The notes beneath the pieces are model-generated. The model had not been told where the DNA came from. It saw nothing but the letters and a program-made list of their open reading frames with translations, and did not search any database. The position numbers were made by a program, and so were the translations under genes. DNA of 64,000 nt from an uncultured Dehalococcoidia bacterium (GTDB lineage Bacteria > Chloroflexota > Dehalococcoidia > DSTF01 > RBG-16-68-14): the NCBI GenBank assembly GCA_964406605.1, contig CAYOSF010000010.1, positions 117,840 through 181,839 of the forward strand, given 5' to 3'. Below, piece by piece: positions 18,698 to 27,178 of this stretch (its first letter is position 1; each line of letters opens with the position of its first letter).

Positions 18698-19511
18698 CGC
18701 GGCCTGCGGGGACGGCGGAGAGGAGAAGGAGACCGCCGACACGGGCGGCGACGAACCGTCCGTCGCCTCTGAGACCCCGCTTCCGGAGCAGGACGCCGAC
18801 TACCCCGCTGGCGCGCCGTCCGATAGTGACTTCCGCCGCATCATCTTCCTGCACCATTCCGTCGGCGCCGACCTGATCGAGAACGGGGAAGTCCGCCAGG
18901 GGCTGAGCGACCTGGGCTACGAGTTCTTCGATCACGGCTACAACGACGACGGCCTCGTCCTCGCCGACGGCACCTGGACCGGCACCGACTTCGACGTCCC
19001 GGACGACAATACCGATCCGGACGGGTTCGCCGACATCTTCGCGCAGCCGCTGCACGACCCTCCGGACAATACCTTCAGCTACCTGATGCAGTACGAGGTC
19101 ATCGCGTTCAAGTCCTGCTATCCGGCGAGCAACATCGACAGCGATGAGCAGTTGGCCGACTACAAGTCGTACTATCTTTCCATCCGCGACCGGATGGATG
19201 AGTACCCCGACAAGATCTTCATCGTGTTCACCCCGCCGCCGGAGGTGGCCGGCGGCACAGACGCCGAGGCGGCCGCGAGGGCGCGGGCGTTCAGCGACTG
19301 GTTGTCCTCAGACGAGTACCTGAGCGGCCACCCGAACGTCTTCACGTTCGACTTCTTCGACTTGCTGGCGGACGCTTCCACCAACATGCTGCGGTCCGAC
19401 TACCAGGTCGACGAGGAGGACGGTCACCCCAACGAGCTGGCCGGCCGGACCATCGGTCCGCTATTCGTGGAGTTCGTAGACCTGGCGGTGAGGAGCTACG
19501 CCGCAAGCTGA
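18636..19511 (+). CDS. Lipoprotein of unknown function (291 aa)
   Basis: The ATG at 18636 follows GGAAGGTGGAG. It has a signal peptide and lipobox (LALAAAAC) and an acidic mature domain (..IIFLHHSVGADLI..KIFIVFTPPPE..). Confidence 0.7.
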   Translation: MRGKRFLWCAVLVLAALALAAAACGDGGEEKETADTGGDEPSVASETPLPEQDADYPAGAPSDSDFRRIIFLHHSVGADLIENGEVRQGLSDLGYEFFDHGYNDDGLVLADGTWTGTDFDVPDDNTDPDGFADIFAQPLHDPPDNTFSYLMQYEVIAFKSCYPASNIDSDEQLADYKSYYLSIRDRMDEYPDKIFIVFTPPPEVAGGTDAEAAARARAFSDWLSSDEYLSGHPNVFTFDFFDLLADASTNMLRSDYQVDEEDGHPNELAGRTIGPLFVEFVDLAVRSYAAS

Positions 19512-19740
19512 GAAGCGCAATCGCTTCCGCTCGCGCTACCGCCCGGCGCACTCCAGGTCGACGTCGATGTCCAGCCGACCGGCGCTCTCCTCCAGCGCCG
19601 TGCAGGCCGCAGCGATAGCGCGGTCGCGGTCGGCGCGGCGCCCCCCCCGCGCTGCCCCAGGAGAATGCCCGGTCGTGTGGTCCGGGGAGGACCTCCACTG
19701 CATCACGGGCTGAGCCCACCGCGGGTATACTGTGGGCACC

Positions 19741-20700
19741 ATGAAGAATGCTGTTGCGGCGGGTGTGCGTACGCTTCGTTTCGAGGCGCTGGGGACGGAG
19801 GTCTTGGTGTGTTCCGCGGCGGCCGGCGAGCTGGGCGGCGAGCTGCGGGCGTTGGTGGAGGAGTACGAGCAGCGTTTTAGCCGCTTCCGGCCCTCCAGCG
19901 AGCTGGAGAGACTCTCCTGCCGCACCGGAGAGGAAGTCGCGGTGTCGGACGATCTGTTCGAGGTGCTGGACCTCGCCATGGGATTCTGGCGGGAGACGGG
20001 CGGCCTCTTCGACCCCCTGGTCCGATCCGAGCTTGAGGCCGCCGGCTACGACCGGAGCTTCGCCCTGGTCCCCGCGTCATCTGCCGAGCCCGCCTCTCCC
20101 CCGCCCGCGGGCAGGCGTCCTTCGTTCGGAGAAGTGCAGCTCAACGTCGCGCGCCGGAGCGTCCGGCTGCCCGAAGGCGGGCGATTGGACCTGGGTGGCA
20201 TAGCCAAGGGCTGGATCATCGATCGACTGGCGCGACGCCTCGAGCCGTATGGCCCGTTCCTGGTCGACATCGGCGGTGACGTGGCGGCGCGCGGACACGG
20301 GCCGGACGGCGGGCCGGGCTGGCTCATCGGCGTCGCCGACCCGTTCCGGCCCGAGGAGGACCGGTGCTGGGTGCGGCTGGAGGACGCCGCCATCGCAACC
20401 TCGACGGTGATGCGGCGTCGCTGGCGGCGGGACGGTTGCTGGATGCACCATCTCATCGACCCCAGGACCGGGCGTCCCGCGCGCACCGGTCTGTCACAGG
20501 TGACCGTCGTGGCGCCGACGGCGACGGCCGCGGACGTGTACGCGAAGACCGCGCTCATCCTGGGGTGCGAGGAGGCCTTCGATTGGCTGGACCGCCGCTC
20601 GCTGCCCGCATTGCTCGTGACGCCGGTCGATGCCGTTCGCACCGCCCTCTGGCGATGGATGGAGGTCCCCATGGCCGTGCGATCCGGCAAGGGAGGATGA
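19741..20700 (+). CDS. apbE: FAD:protein FMN transferase (ApbE family)
   Basis: RFEALGTEVLV (the xMGT-type start) and LDLGGIAKGW motifs are characteristic of ApbE. The alternative start is the GTG at 19732. Confidence 0.85.
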   Translation: MKNAVAAGVRTLRFEALGTEVLVCSAAAGELGGELRALVEEYEQRFSRFRPSSELERLSCRTGEEVAVSDDLFEVLDLAMGFWRETGGLFDPLVRSELEAAGYDRSFALVPASSAEPASPPPAGRRPSFGEVQLNVARRSVRLPEGGRLDLGGIAKGWIIDRLARRLEPYGPFLVDIGGDVAARGHGPDGGPGWLIGVADPFRPEEDRCWVRLEDAAIATSTVMRRRWRRDGCWMHHLIDPRTGRPARTGLSQVTVVAPTATAADVYAKTALILGCEEAFDWLDRRSLPALLVTPVDAVRTALWRWMEVPMAVRSGKGG

Positions 20701-21026
20701 AGATGTCCAGAAGGATCGCGATCGTCGTAGCGCTGGCCGTGACCGTCGTGGTCGGCTCGCTCTTGCTCGCCATCGGAGCCGGCGCCTTCAGGGGAGGAGG
20801 CGATGGCGAACAGGCCGGCCAGGCGCCTACCCAGACTCAGCAGGCCGCTCCCGCCGGTACCCAGGAAGCGGACGTGACCCAAGGGACGCCGGGTGCGCCC
20901 GATGGCGTCGCCACCAGCGAGCCGGGCGCCGGCGATGACGACGACCGCGGGCGCGAGCGGGAGCAGGAGCAAGAATCCCACGGGGACCACGACGATGGCC
21001 ACGAGGGGGAAGAAGAGCACGACTAG
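20697..21026 (+). CDS. Membrane-anchored protein with an acidic, His-rich tail
   Basis: An ATGA overlap links it to the apbE stop. It has one N-terminal TM helix and the tail ..DDDDRGREREQEQESHGDHDDGHEGEEEHD. Confidence 0.5.
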   Translation: MKMSRRIAIVVALAVTVVVGSLLLAIGAGAFRGGGDGEQAGQAPTQTQQAAPAGTQEADVTQGTPGAPDGVATSEPGAGDDDDRGREREQEQESHGDHDDGHEGEEEHD

Positions 21027-21225
21027 GCATGAGGGCACGAAGCTGCTGGTGGTCTGCGGCAGCTTCCTCGCCTTCGCCGCCCTCACGGCCTTCATCAGCA
21101 GCCGGGAGCCGCCTTCCGAGCCGGCGCTGACTCGCCCGGTCGTCGCCGAGCAAACGGCCGATGGGAACGCCGGCGGGCCCGTGGCGCAGCAGCCGACTCC
21201 CGTCACCCGCACGAGAGGGACGTGA
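20995..21225 (+). CDS. Small single-TM protein (76 aa), tentative
   Basis: The frame is GC3-rich. KKSTTRHEGTK is followed by the hydrophobic helix LLVVCGSFLAFAALTAFI. It ends 3 nt before the next gene. The start is uncertain. Confidence 0.35.
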   Translation: MATRGKKSTTRHEGTKLLVVCGSFLAFAALTAFISSREPPSEPALTRPVVAEQTADGNAGGPVAQQPTPVTRTRGT

Positions 21226-21228
21226 GGC

Positions 21229-21852
21229 TTGGATGCTCACTTCTACTGGTACATGGCGCGTGCGTCGGGCGTCGTCGCCTTCTGGCTGCTGACGCTTTCG
21301 ACCGCGCTCGGCCTCAGCACGTCGTCCCGCCTTTGGGACGGTCTGCTGGAGCGCGGCTGGGTGTTCGAGACGCACAAGGTCGTCTCGTTGATGGCGTTGT
21401 TGTTCGTGGCGCTCCATATGGCGGTGCTCCTCCCGGATCCCTGGACGGACTTCGGCGTGGTGGACCTGCTCGTGCCCGGGACGTCCGCCTACCGGCCGGA
21501 GGCCGTCGCCCTGGGAGTGCTGGCGATGTACACGGGCTTCATCGCGACGGCCAGCTTCTACCTGAGGACGCGGCTGGGCCGCCTCACCTGGCGCGCGCTC
21601 CACTTCGTCACCTTTGGGGCATTCGTGTTGATGTTGCTCCACGGCGTCTTCGCCGGGACCGATAGCGAGGAGCTGTGGATGCGGGCATCGTACTCGGCGG
21701 CGACGCTGCTGATCCTCTTTCTGACCGTCTACCGGATCCTCGTCGTGCCGACTGGAGGACCCACTCCCTCCGCGCCCCGGCTGGCCGGCGACGGCAGCCG
21801 CATGACCCGCGCTGATCGACAGTGGCGCGGACGGCCGCGCTGTTCGCGGTGA
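21229..21852 (+). CDS. Ferric-reductase-like transmembrane domain protein (MsrQ/FRD-like haem b module)
   Basis: TM helices carry conserved His residues (..FETHKVVSLMALLFVALHM.., ..ALHFVTFGAFVLMLLHG..). The C-terminal 35 aa are Arg/Pro-rich and look non-native. Confidence 0.7.
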   Translation: MDAHFYWYMARASGVVAFWLLTLSTALGLSTSSRLWDGLLERGWVFETHKVVSLMALLFVALHMAVLLPDPWTDFGVVDLLVPGTSAYRPEAVALGVLAMYTGFIATASFYLRTRLGRLTWRALHFVTFGAFVLMLLHGVFAGTDSEELWMRASYSAATLLILFLTVYRILVVPTGGPTPSAPRLAGDGSRMTRADRQWRGRPRCSR

Positions 21853-21894
21853 AGGCCGGCTAGGGTTCTCAGCCGCCACCGGTCGCGACTCCGA

Positions 21895-22029
21895 CTACCC
21901 ACCGGTGCGGTGGGTGTAGCGGAACGGGTTGTTCAGCACATACGTGTACCGGTTCAACAACTGCGGGACCATCGGGTCCGGCACCGTGGTGTCCGGCTGC
22001 AGGAAGCGGCCGACCCCACGGCGGCCAGC
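21895..22029 (-). pseudogene. RHS/YD-repeat-associated core remnant
   Basis: The frame reads GRFLQPDTTVPDPMVPQLLNRYTYVLNNPFRYTHRTGG*. This matches the GRFxSPDP..NRYxYxxNNPxxxxDPxG signature at the end of RHS cores. There is no start codon, and the frame is bounded by stops. Confidence 0.5.
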
Positions 22030-22308
22030 CTACCACGGGATGTCATTCCCCAGCGCCTTGACTGCGACGAAGAGAAGAAGTGCGAACAGTGCCCCTCCTA
22101 CTGCAAGTACCAGGCCGGCCACCAGGGACTCGGCCACCGGTGCGCCATCTGCCAGAAAAAGGAAGAATGCCATCCCCGTGCCCGTTCCGGCAAGCAAGAC
22201 CGTTCCTAACCTGACGGAATGCAGGTTGCGGCGCCTTAGCCACGCAAGGAGTGTCAAGCAGGTCCCCGGAATCACTACCCAGCCGATCAAGAGAAACAGA
22301 CCTGCCAT
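22030..22308 (-). CDS. Small three-TM membrane protein (92 aa), tentative
   Basis: MAGLFLLIGWVV.. and three hydrophobic helices are present. It lies in a lower-G+C patch next to the RHS remnant. Confidence 0.4.
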   Translation of the reverse strand: MAGLFLLIGWVVIPGTCLTLLAWLRRRNLHSVRLGTVLLAGTGTGMAFFLFLADGAPVAESLVAGLVLAVGGALFALLLFVAVKALGNDIPW

Positions 22309-22448
22309 AGCACCTATGTGATCTCGGTTGTAGCTAGCAGCATTCCGGGCAGATCGTCTCCTGGGCCACATCCAGCGCGTTCAGAGGCGCCTGCCAGGCA
22401 TTGGCCTCCTGCTGGTTGCCGAGTGCGCCGCATCGCGCGTCCCGCCCG

Positions 22449-23225
22449 CTACAACCCCGTGAAATCGACCGGGCGCTTCTCGCGGAACGCCTGGATCGCC
22501 TCCTTGTTCGCCGGCGACCCGACGCAGAGCGCCATCGCCGGCTCCTCCCGCCTCCGCGCCGCGACCAGCGCCTCCGCGCGGGTATCGAGCAGCAACTGCT
22601 TCGTGCGGCGCAGCGCCGACAGCGGCTGCCCCGCGATCTCCGACGCCAGCTCCAGCGTGCGGCCCAGCAGCTCGTCGTCGGGGAACGCCGCCGCGGCCAG
22701 GCCCAGGTCCACCGCCCGCTCCGCGTCGATCCAGGCGTTGGTGTAGAGCAGCTCCGCGGCCGGCTGCGGCCCGACGATCGCCTGCAGCAGGTAGCTGCTG
22801 CCCGCTTCCGGCACCAGGCCCAGCGAGACGAAGGGCGCCCGGAGCCGCGCCGACCGCGCCACGTAGACCGCGTCGCAGTGCAGGAGCATCGTGAGGCCGA
22901 TGCCCACGCCGACGCCGTTGACGGCCGCCAGCAGCGGCTTGTCGAAGGTGTTCAGCCGGTCGATGAACGGGCCGAAGCCGTGCGGCTGCCCGTCGTCGTA
23001 GGCCGGCGTGTTGCCCATCTCGCTCAGGTCCTGGCCGCCCGAGAAGGCGCCCGGAGCCCCGGTGATCACGGCCACCTTGACGCTGTCGTCGGCCTGGGCG
23101 TCGGCCAGCGCGTCGCGCAGGTCGTCGTACTGCTGGTCGTTGAAGGCGTTGCGCTTGTCGGGCCGGTTCATGGTAAGCAGGGCCACGCCGTCCCGATGTT
23201 CGGAGAGGACTGTCGCTCGGTTCAT
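22449..23225 (-). CDS. Enoyl-CoA hydratase/isomerase (crotonase) family protein
   Basis: ..GVALLTMNRPDKRNAFN..VAVITGAPGAFSGGQDL.. are crotonase-fold motifs. Confidence 0.9.
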   Translation of the reverse strand: MNRATVLSEHRDGVALLTMNRPDKRNAFNDQQYDDLRDALADAQADDSVKVAVITGAPGAFSGGQDLSEMGNTPAYDDGQPHGFGPFIDRLNTFDKPLLAAVNGVGVGIGLTMLLHCDAVYVARSARLRAPFVSLGLVPEAGSSYLLQAIVGPQPAAELLYTNAWIDAERAVDLGLAAAAFPDDELLGRTLELASEIAGQPLSALRRTKQLLLDTRAEALVAARRREEPAMALCVGSPANKEAIQAFREKRPVDFTGL

Positions 23226-23344
23226 CTCGATACCTCCGATGCCGGCCGCCGGTCCCCAGGCGACGCGCTCCCACGGGGGCGGGCCCTGCGCGTCCGAGCC
23301 GCCGCGATGGTGGACCGGGATGTCGGGCTATCCGGGGCGGCCCG

Positions 23345-23518
23345 CTACGGCGCGAGCATCTCCTGTATGGTCTTCCTGATGCCCGCGAAGTAGGCGGCGC
23401 CCCATATCTGGGTCTTCTCGAAATAGGATAGGCTCCGCGAGGCCGGGTCGAATACGACGGCGATCTCGGCGGAGGACATGTGCTTGGGAGGGGCCTCGGT
23501 CTTGACCTCAATTCGCAA
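23345..23518 (-). CDS. Small ORF (57 aa, TTG start; internal ATG gives 46 aa), tentative
   Basis: It is not in the supplied track because it is under 60 aa. The frame is strongly GC3-biased and encodes ..MSSAEIAVVFDPASRSLSYFEKTQIWGAAYFAGIRKTIQEMLAP*. I recognise no family. Confidence 0.3.
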   Translation of the reverse strand: MRIEVKTEAPPKHMSSAEIAVVFDPASRSLSYFEKTQIWGAAYFAGIRKTIQEMLAP

Positions 23519-23653
23519 TCAGAGAATAGGAGCCCTAGCCACCGAGGGGGATGACCACTCCAATTCCAATGGCTGTCTCATGGCGCCCTTGTCTTGACCT
23601 GAATCACATTGTCGCGGTCCTCCTCCCGGACCCTGGACTGCAACCGTCCCATG

Positions 23654-26251
23654 CTACACCGGCAGACGAGGAACCACGCCAGCGGTAAACTGTAGCACCA
23701 AGGCGGCATCTAGTGCGTTGACGACACCATCTTGATTTGCATCGGCTTGGGCTTGGCACGCCAATGAGCCTCTTAGTCCAGCTGCATACTGAAGGATGGC
23801 CAAGGCGTCCAGGCTCGATACGTCTTCGTCGCAATCTGCATCGCCATAGACGACCATTGGCGTTGCAGTGGCAGTCGGGGTCGCCGTTTGCGTCGCACCC
23901 GCGCTGGGACTGGGGGTCACAGTTGCGGTCGGAGACGCTGTTGGTTGCTCTCCTTTCCCTCCGCTGCTGCACGTGCTGTTCGCACAGTGGAGGATGACCA
24001 GGGCCAAGTTGTTGGCCCGGTCGCCGAACGCAACGACGGGATTTGCATTCGAGTCCAACACTAGGGAGGCCCCCAACCCAACGGAACCAAACGTAATCGG
24101 CGTCTCAACGATATTGCCCGAAGCGCACGCCAGATCACCGCACGACACAATGGTTAGATCTCCCTCTCCTGGCTCATGGACTGCTATGACAGGTCTCCCT
24201 CCTGAACTGAGGGCTAGTGACAGGCCTCGCTCACTCATAAAGAAACCCCCAGCCCCTCCAGCCACGACGGTCTCAGACTGATTCCCAGACTCACAGGTGA
24301 CATCACCGCACCGCAGTAGACGGACCAGTTCATTCTCAACGTCATAATACGCTACTACTGGAATACCCAGCGGATCCAGAGCTAGGGACGAGAACCCGAC
24401 GTTGGTGCCTTCGTCTACCGCGATCGCCTCGTTCGGTCCAGTGCAATTGGGGTCCTCGCAATGAAGCACGTACAAGTCGCCGTCACCCTCGTCAAATCGC
24501 GTGAAGCTCATCACCGGATTCCCATCTTGGTCGATTGCCAGCGAACTTAGCGCGCCAGCTCCAAGTGGACTGATGGTGTTGCCACTCGAACACGTGGGGT
24601 CTCCGCAGTGCAGTAGCACCAGTCCGCCAAGGCCATCGTCATAGCTGACCGCGGGATTCCCGGATCTGTCAAGTTCAAGTGAAGCTCCACTGCCAAGTTC
24701 GTGTTCGGTCGGCGCAACAATTGTATTGCTCCCGCTGCAAGATGGGTCGCCGCAGTGCAGAACATTGATCCCACCATCCGCTTTGTACGCCACGACCGGG
24801 TTTCCTAGGGAGTCGAGCTTCAGCGACGGTCCCGAACCATCGAAACCAACGATCGTACCGTCTCTGCAATTGCTGTCGGCGCAGTGGAGCACCCGTATCT
24901 CCGGCGAACCTCCTTCTGGGCTGTGTCCATATCCCACAACCGGATTCCCATCTTCGTCGAGCACGAGTGAGCTCGCGAATCCAAGGGTAGCGCCACCCAG
25001 GTCGGGTCTGCTCACCTGGTTGCCCGAAGTGCACCAGGAATCCCCGCAACGAAGTACTTTCAAGGAGAAGCTCTCTTCAAGTGGGACGAAGGGTCCCGTC
25101 GTACCGTCGAAGTAGCCAATTGCAGGATTGCCCAGATCATCGAGTCGCAGCGATGGAGATCCGAACTCCCCTTCGTCCACCGCGATCATCGTGTTGTCCG
25201 CTGCGCAGTTGGTGTCGCCGCAGTGGAGTACTCGTAGCTCACCCGAGACCGAGAACGGTGGACTATGGACAAACAGGTATGCGATCACCGGTCGTCCAGC
25301 TGCGTCAAGAGCGAGAGACGGACTGCCCCCGGTAGGTCCAAAGGTGTCGGGCGAGGTGATCACGTTCTTGGACGTACATGCCGCGTTTCCGCAGTGCACT
25401 ACTCTCAGCGCACCGAAGCCGTATGCCACTACTGGGTTTCCACTCCCATCGAGAGCCATCGCCGTACCTGCCCCCCACACATGATTTCCATCCGGGTCGG
25501 GCGATGCGATGGAATTCTCAGAAGCACAGTTGGGATCCCCACAACTCAGCACTCGCAGGCCGGCATCTGTTGACTCGTCGCCCTCTCCCACGTAGCTCAC
25601 GACAGGATTGCCATCGGAATCCAGCCGAAGATCAGTCGTTCCGCCTGACGCGGCGACGCCTGGAGAACTCGAAATGTTTCCTTTCGCGCAGTTCGGATCG
25701 CCACAATGGAGCAACTTTACAACGTGGTTCGCGCTGTCATAGTAGCTCACCACAGGGTACCCGGACACATCCAACTCAAGTGAGGAGTATCCGCCTACTC
25801 CCCCGGTATCAGCCGTAACTAGGGAATTTCCGGACGTGCAATTGGCGTCGCCACAATGAAGGATCTTCAATGAGCCGTCGCTTTGGCTGCCATAGCTGAC
25901 CACCGGCTTGCCTTCAGCATCTAGCTCGATAGAGGTGTCAATCGCGAGGACGGCGGAATGCGGCGTGGCGATTGAGTTCCCGGCAGAGCACGTCGAATTG
26001 CCGCAGTGCAGGACCTTGAGTGCGTTCTCGGTTTCGTCGAAGTAGCTGACAACCGGGTTCCCAAGGACATCTAGAACCAGCGAGGGCGATGTGCCAACTA
26101 CACCATCGCTGTCGGGCACCGTAATTGTGTTCCCTCCGGTTCCCCGCGCCACGTCCCCCGGCAGCAACAAACTCGCCGCCGCAGCGACGGCGAGGATCGC
26201 TAAACTAGTGAGTACCTGGCGCCAACAATCCATCGATCCCTCCAGTTTCAA
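23654..26251 (-). CDS. Secreted protein with 14 tandem Cys-pair repeats, a Thr/Pro/Ala linker and a C-terminal dockerin-like module
   Basis: A signal peptide is present. There are 14 units built on ..LDxxGNPVVSY..(L/V)(K/R)(V/I)LHCGDxxC.(S/G)N.. . The C-terminus reads GDADCDEDVSSLDALAILQ...DANQDGVVNALDAALVLQFTAG..LPV. Confidence 0.85.
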   Translation of the reverse strand: MKLEGSMDCWRQVLTSLAILAVAAAASLLLPGDVARGTGGNTITVPDSDGVVGTSPSLVLDVLGNPVVSYFDETENALKVLHCGNSTCSAGNSIATPHSAVLAIDTSIELDAEGKPVVSYGSQSDGSLKILHCGDANCTSGNSLVTADTGGVGGYSSLELDVSGYPVVSYYDSANHVVKLLHCGDPNCAKGNISSSPGVAASGGTTDLRLDSDGNPVVSYVGEGDESTDAGLRVLSCGDPNCASENSIASPDPDGNHVWGAGTAMALDGSGNPVVAYGFGALRVVHCGNAACTSKNVITSPDTFGPTGGSPSLALDAAGRPVIAYLFVHSPPFSVSGELRVLHCGDTNCAADNTMIAVDEGEFGSPSLRLDDLGNPAIGYFDGTTGPFVPLEESFSLKVLRCGDSWCTSGNQVSRPDLGGATLGFASSLVLDEDGNPVVGYGHSPEGGSPEIRVLHCADSNCRDGTIVGFDGSGPSLKLDSLGNPVVAYKADGGINVLHCGDPSCSGSNTIVAPTEHELGSGASLELDRSGNPAVSYDDGLGGLVLLHCGDPTCSSGNTISPLGAGALSSLAIDQDGNPVMSFTRFDEGDGDLYVLHCEDPNCTGPNEAIAVDEGTNVGFSSLALDPLGIPVVAYYDVENELVRLLRCGDVTCESGNQSETVVAGGAGGFFMSERGLSLALSSGGRPVIAVHEPGEGDLTIVSCGDLACASGNIVETPITFGSVGLGASLVLDSNANPVVAFGDRANNLALVILHCANSTCSSGGKGEQPTASPTATVTPSPSAGATQTATPTATATPMVVYGDADCDEDVSSLDALAILQYAAGLRGSLACQAQADANQDGVVNALDAALVLQFTAGVVPRLPV

Positions 26252-26927
26252 GAGTCACTCCCAACGTGCGGTCGCCTGCCTTCTGGAATGACAATCCTAT
26301 CACATGCTTGCCTGACCACCAAATTGGAGCACGCTATGAGAGTCCTCACGTGCCATTTCTGTCCGCAACCGCGCGCTACCAGAAGCTGGCGCTCTTGGAA
26401 TGCGCGGCGCGCTGGCGAACGTGCGGTCCCCGTGGACCACGTCGCGAGCGCACTCGTAGCCTTCCCCCTCCAGGCGCTGCAGGACCGTCGAGAGATACGC
26501 GCGTGCGTCTTCCTGCTCTGCCATATCGTTGCCCCAGTGTGGTGTGCTGTGACTGACGTCGAAAGTCACCCCATGCTACGTGCAATCCAGAGCCTCGTCA
26601 AGGCGTGCCCCTGCGCGCTCCAGCGTGAAGGCACGGCCGCCTTCGCGGCGGTTGACGGCGCGGCATCCTGTGCGCTATACCGAGCGCACCTGCTGGGCGG
26701 TGGGAGCCAGGAGTGGGAGGAGCGTCATATGGATGCGGTACCGATCACGTTCACGTCCTCTACCAACCCCGACAACTTGACAGGCCGCGTTGGCCTAGCC
26801 GTGGGGCCCGCCGGGTAGCCGGACGCCGCGAAGAGCAGCCGGGCGCGCCGGCAGTCTGGTACTCCTATCCGGCCGTGAGCTGACGTCGTCGCGCGCCCCG
26901 CGGCTGCGCCTGTGCGTGAGGCAAGCC

Positions 26928-27140
26928 ATGGGTCCTCCCAAGAGGGCGCTGAAGCGCCGCAAGGACTCCCCAAACACCAAGGCGGAGCGATCTGAGCCGC
27001 CCTGTCCGCACGCGGCGCTCGTTCCCCATTGGGACAGCATCGGGGACATCGGCAATCCAAAGAAGGTGACCCACTATACGTGCCGGCGGTGCAACGCGAC
27101 CTTCTCCGTCCAGGAGGGGGCAAGGCTCAGGGCGCGGTAA
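26928..27140 (+). CDS. Small basic protein with a Cys/His pairing (zinc-ribbon-like), tentative
   Basis: It encodes 70 aa in a GC3-rich frame, with CPH...CRRC spacing. I recognise no family. Confidence 0.3.
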   Translation: MGPPKRALKRRKDSPNTKAERSEPPCPHAALVPHWDSIGDIGNPKKVTHYTCRRCNATFSVQEGARLRAR

Positions 27141-27178
27141 GCGGGGCGGGCGGGGCTGAGCGCCGGACGGCGCCGCTG

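Noticed and set aside
23654-26251. Periodic DNA repeats that might be taken for a CRISPR-like array; the same applies to 40300-41350.
   Set aside because: The periodicity is ~135-165 nt. The units are imperfect and lie entirely in frame within long GC3-biased ORFs. They are protein repeats, not a direct-repeat/spacer array.
26288-26818. A plus-strand 176-aa ORF upstream of the small Cys/His ORF.
   Set aside because: The composition is Cys/Arg/Ala-rich with no motifs. The opposite strand shows more protein-like, though interrupted, frames.
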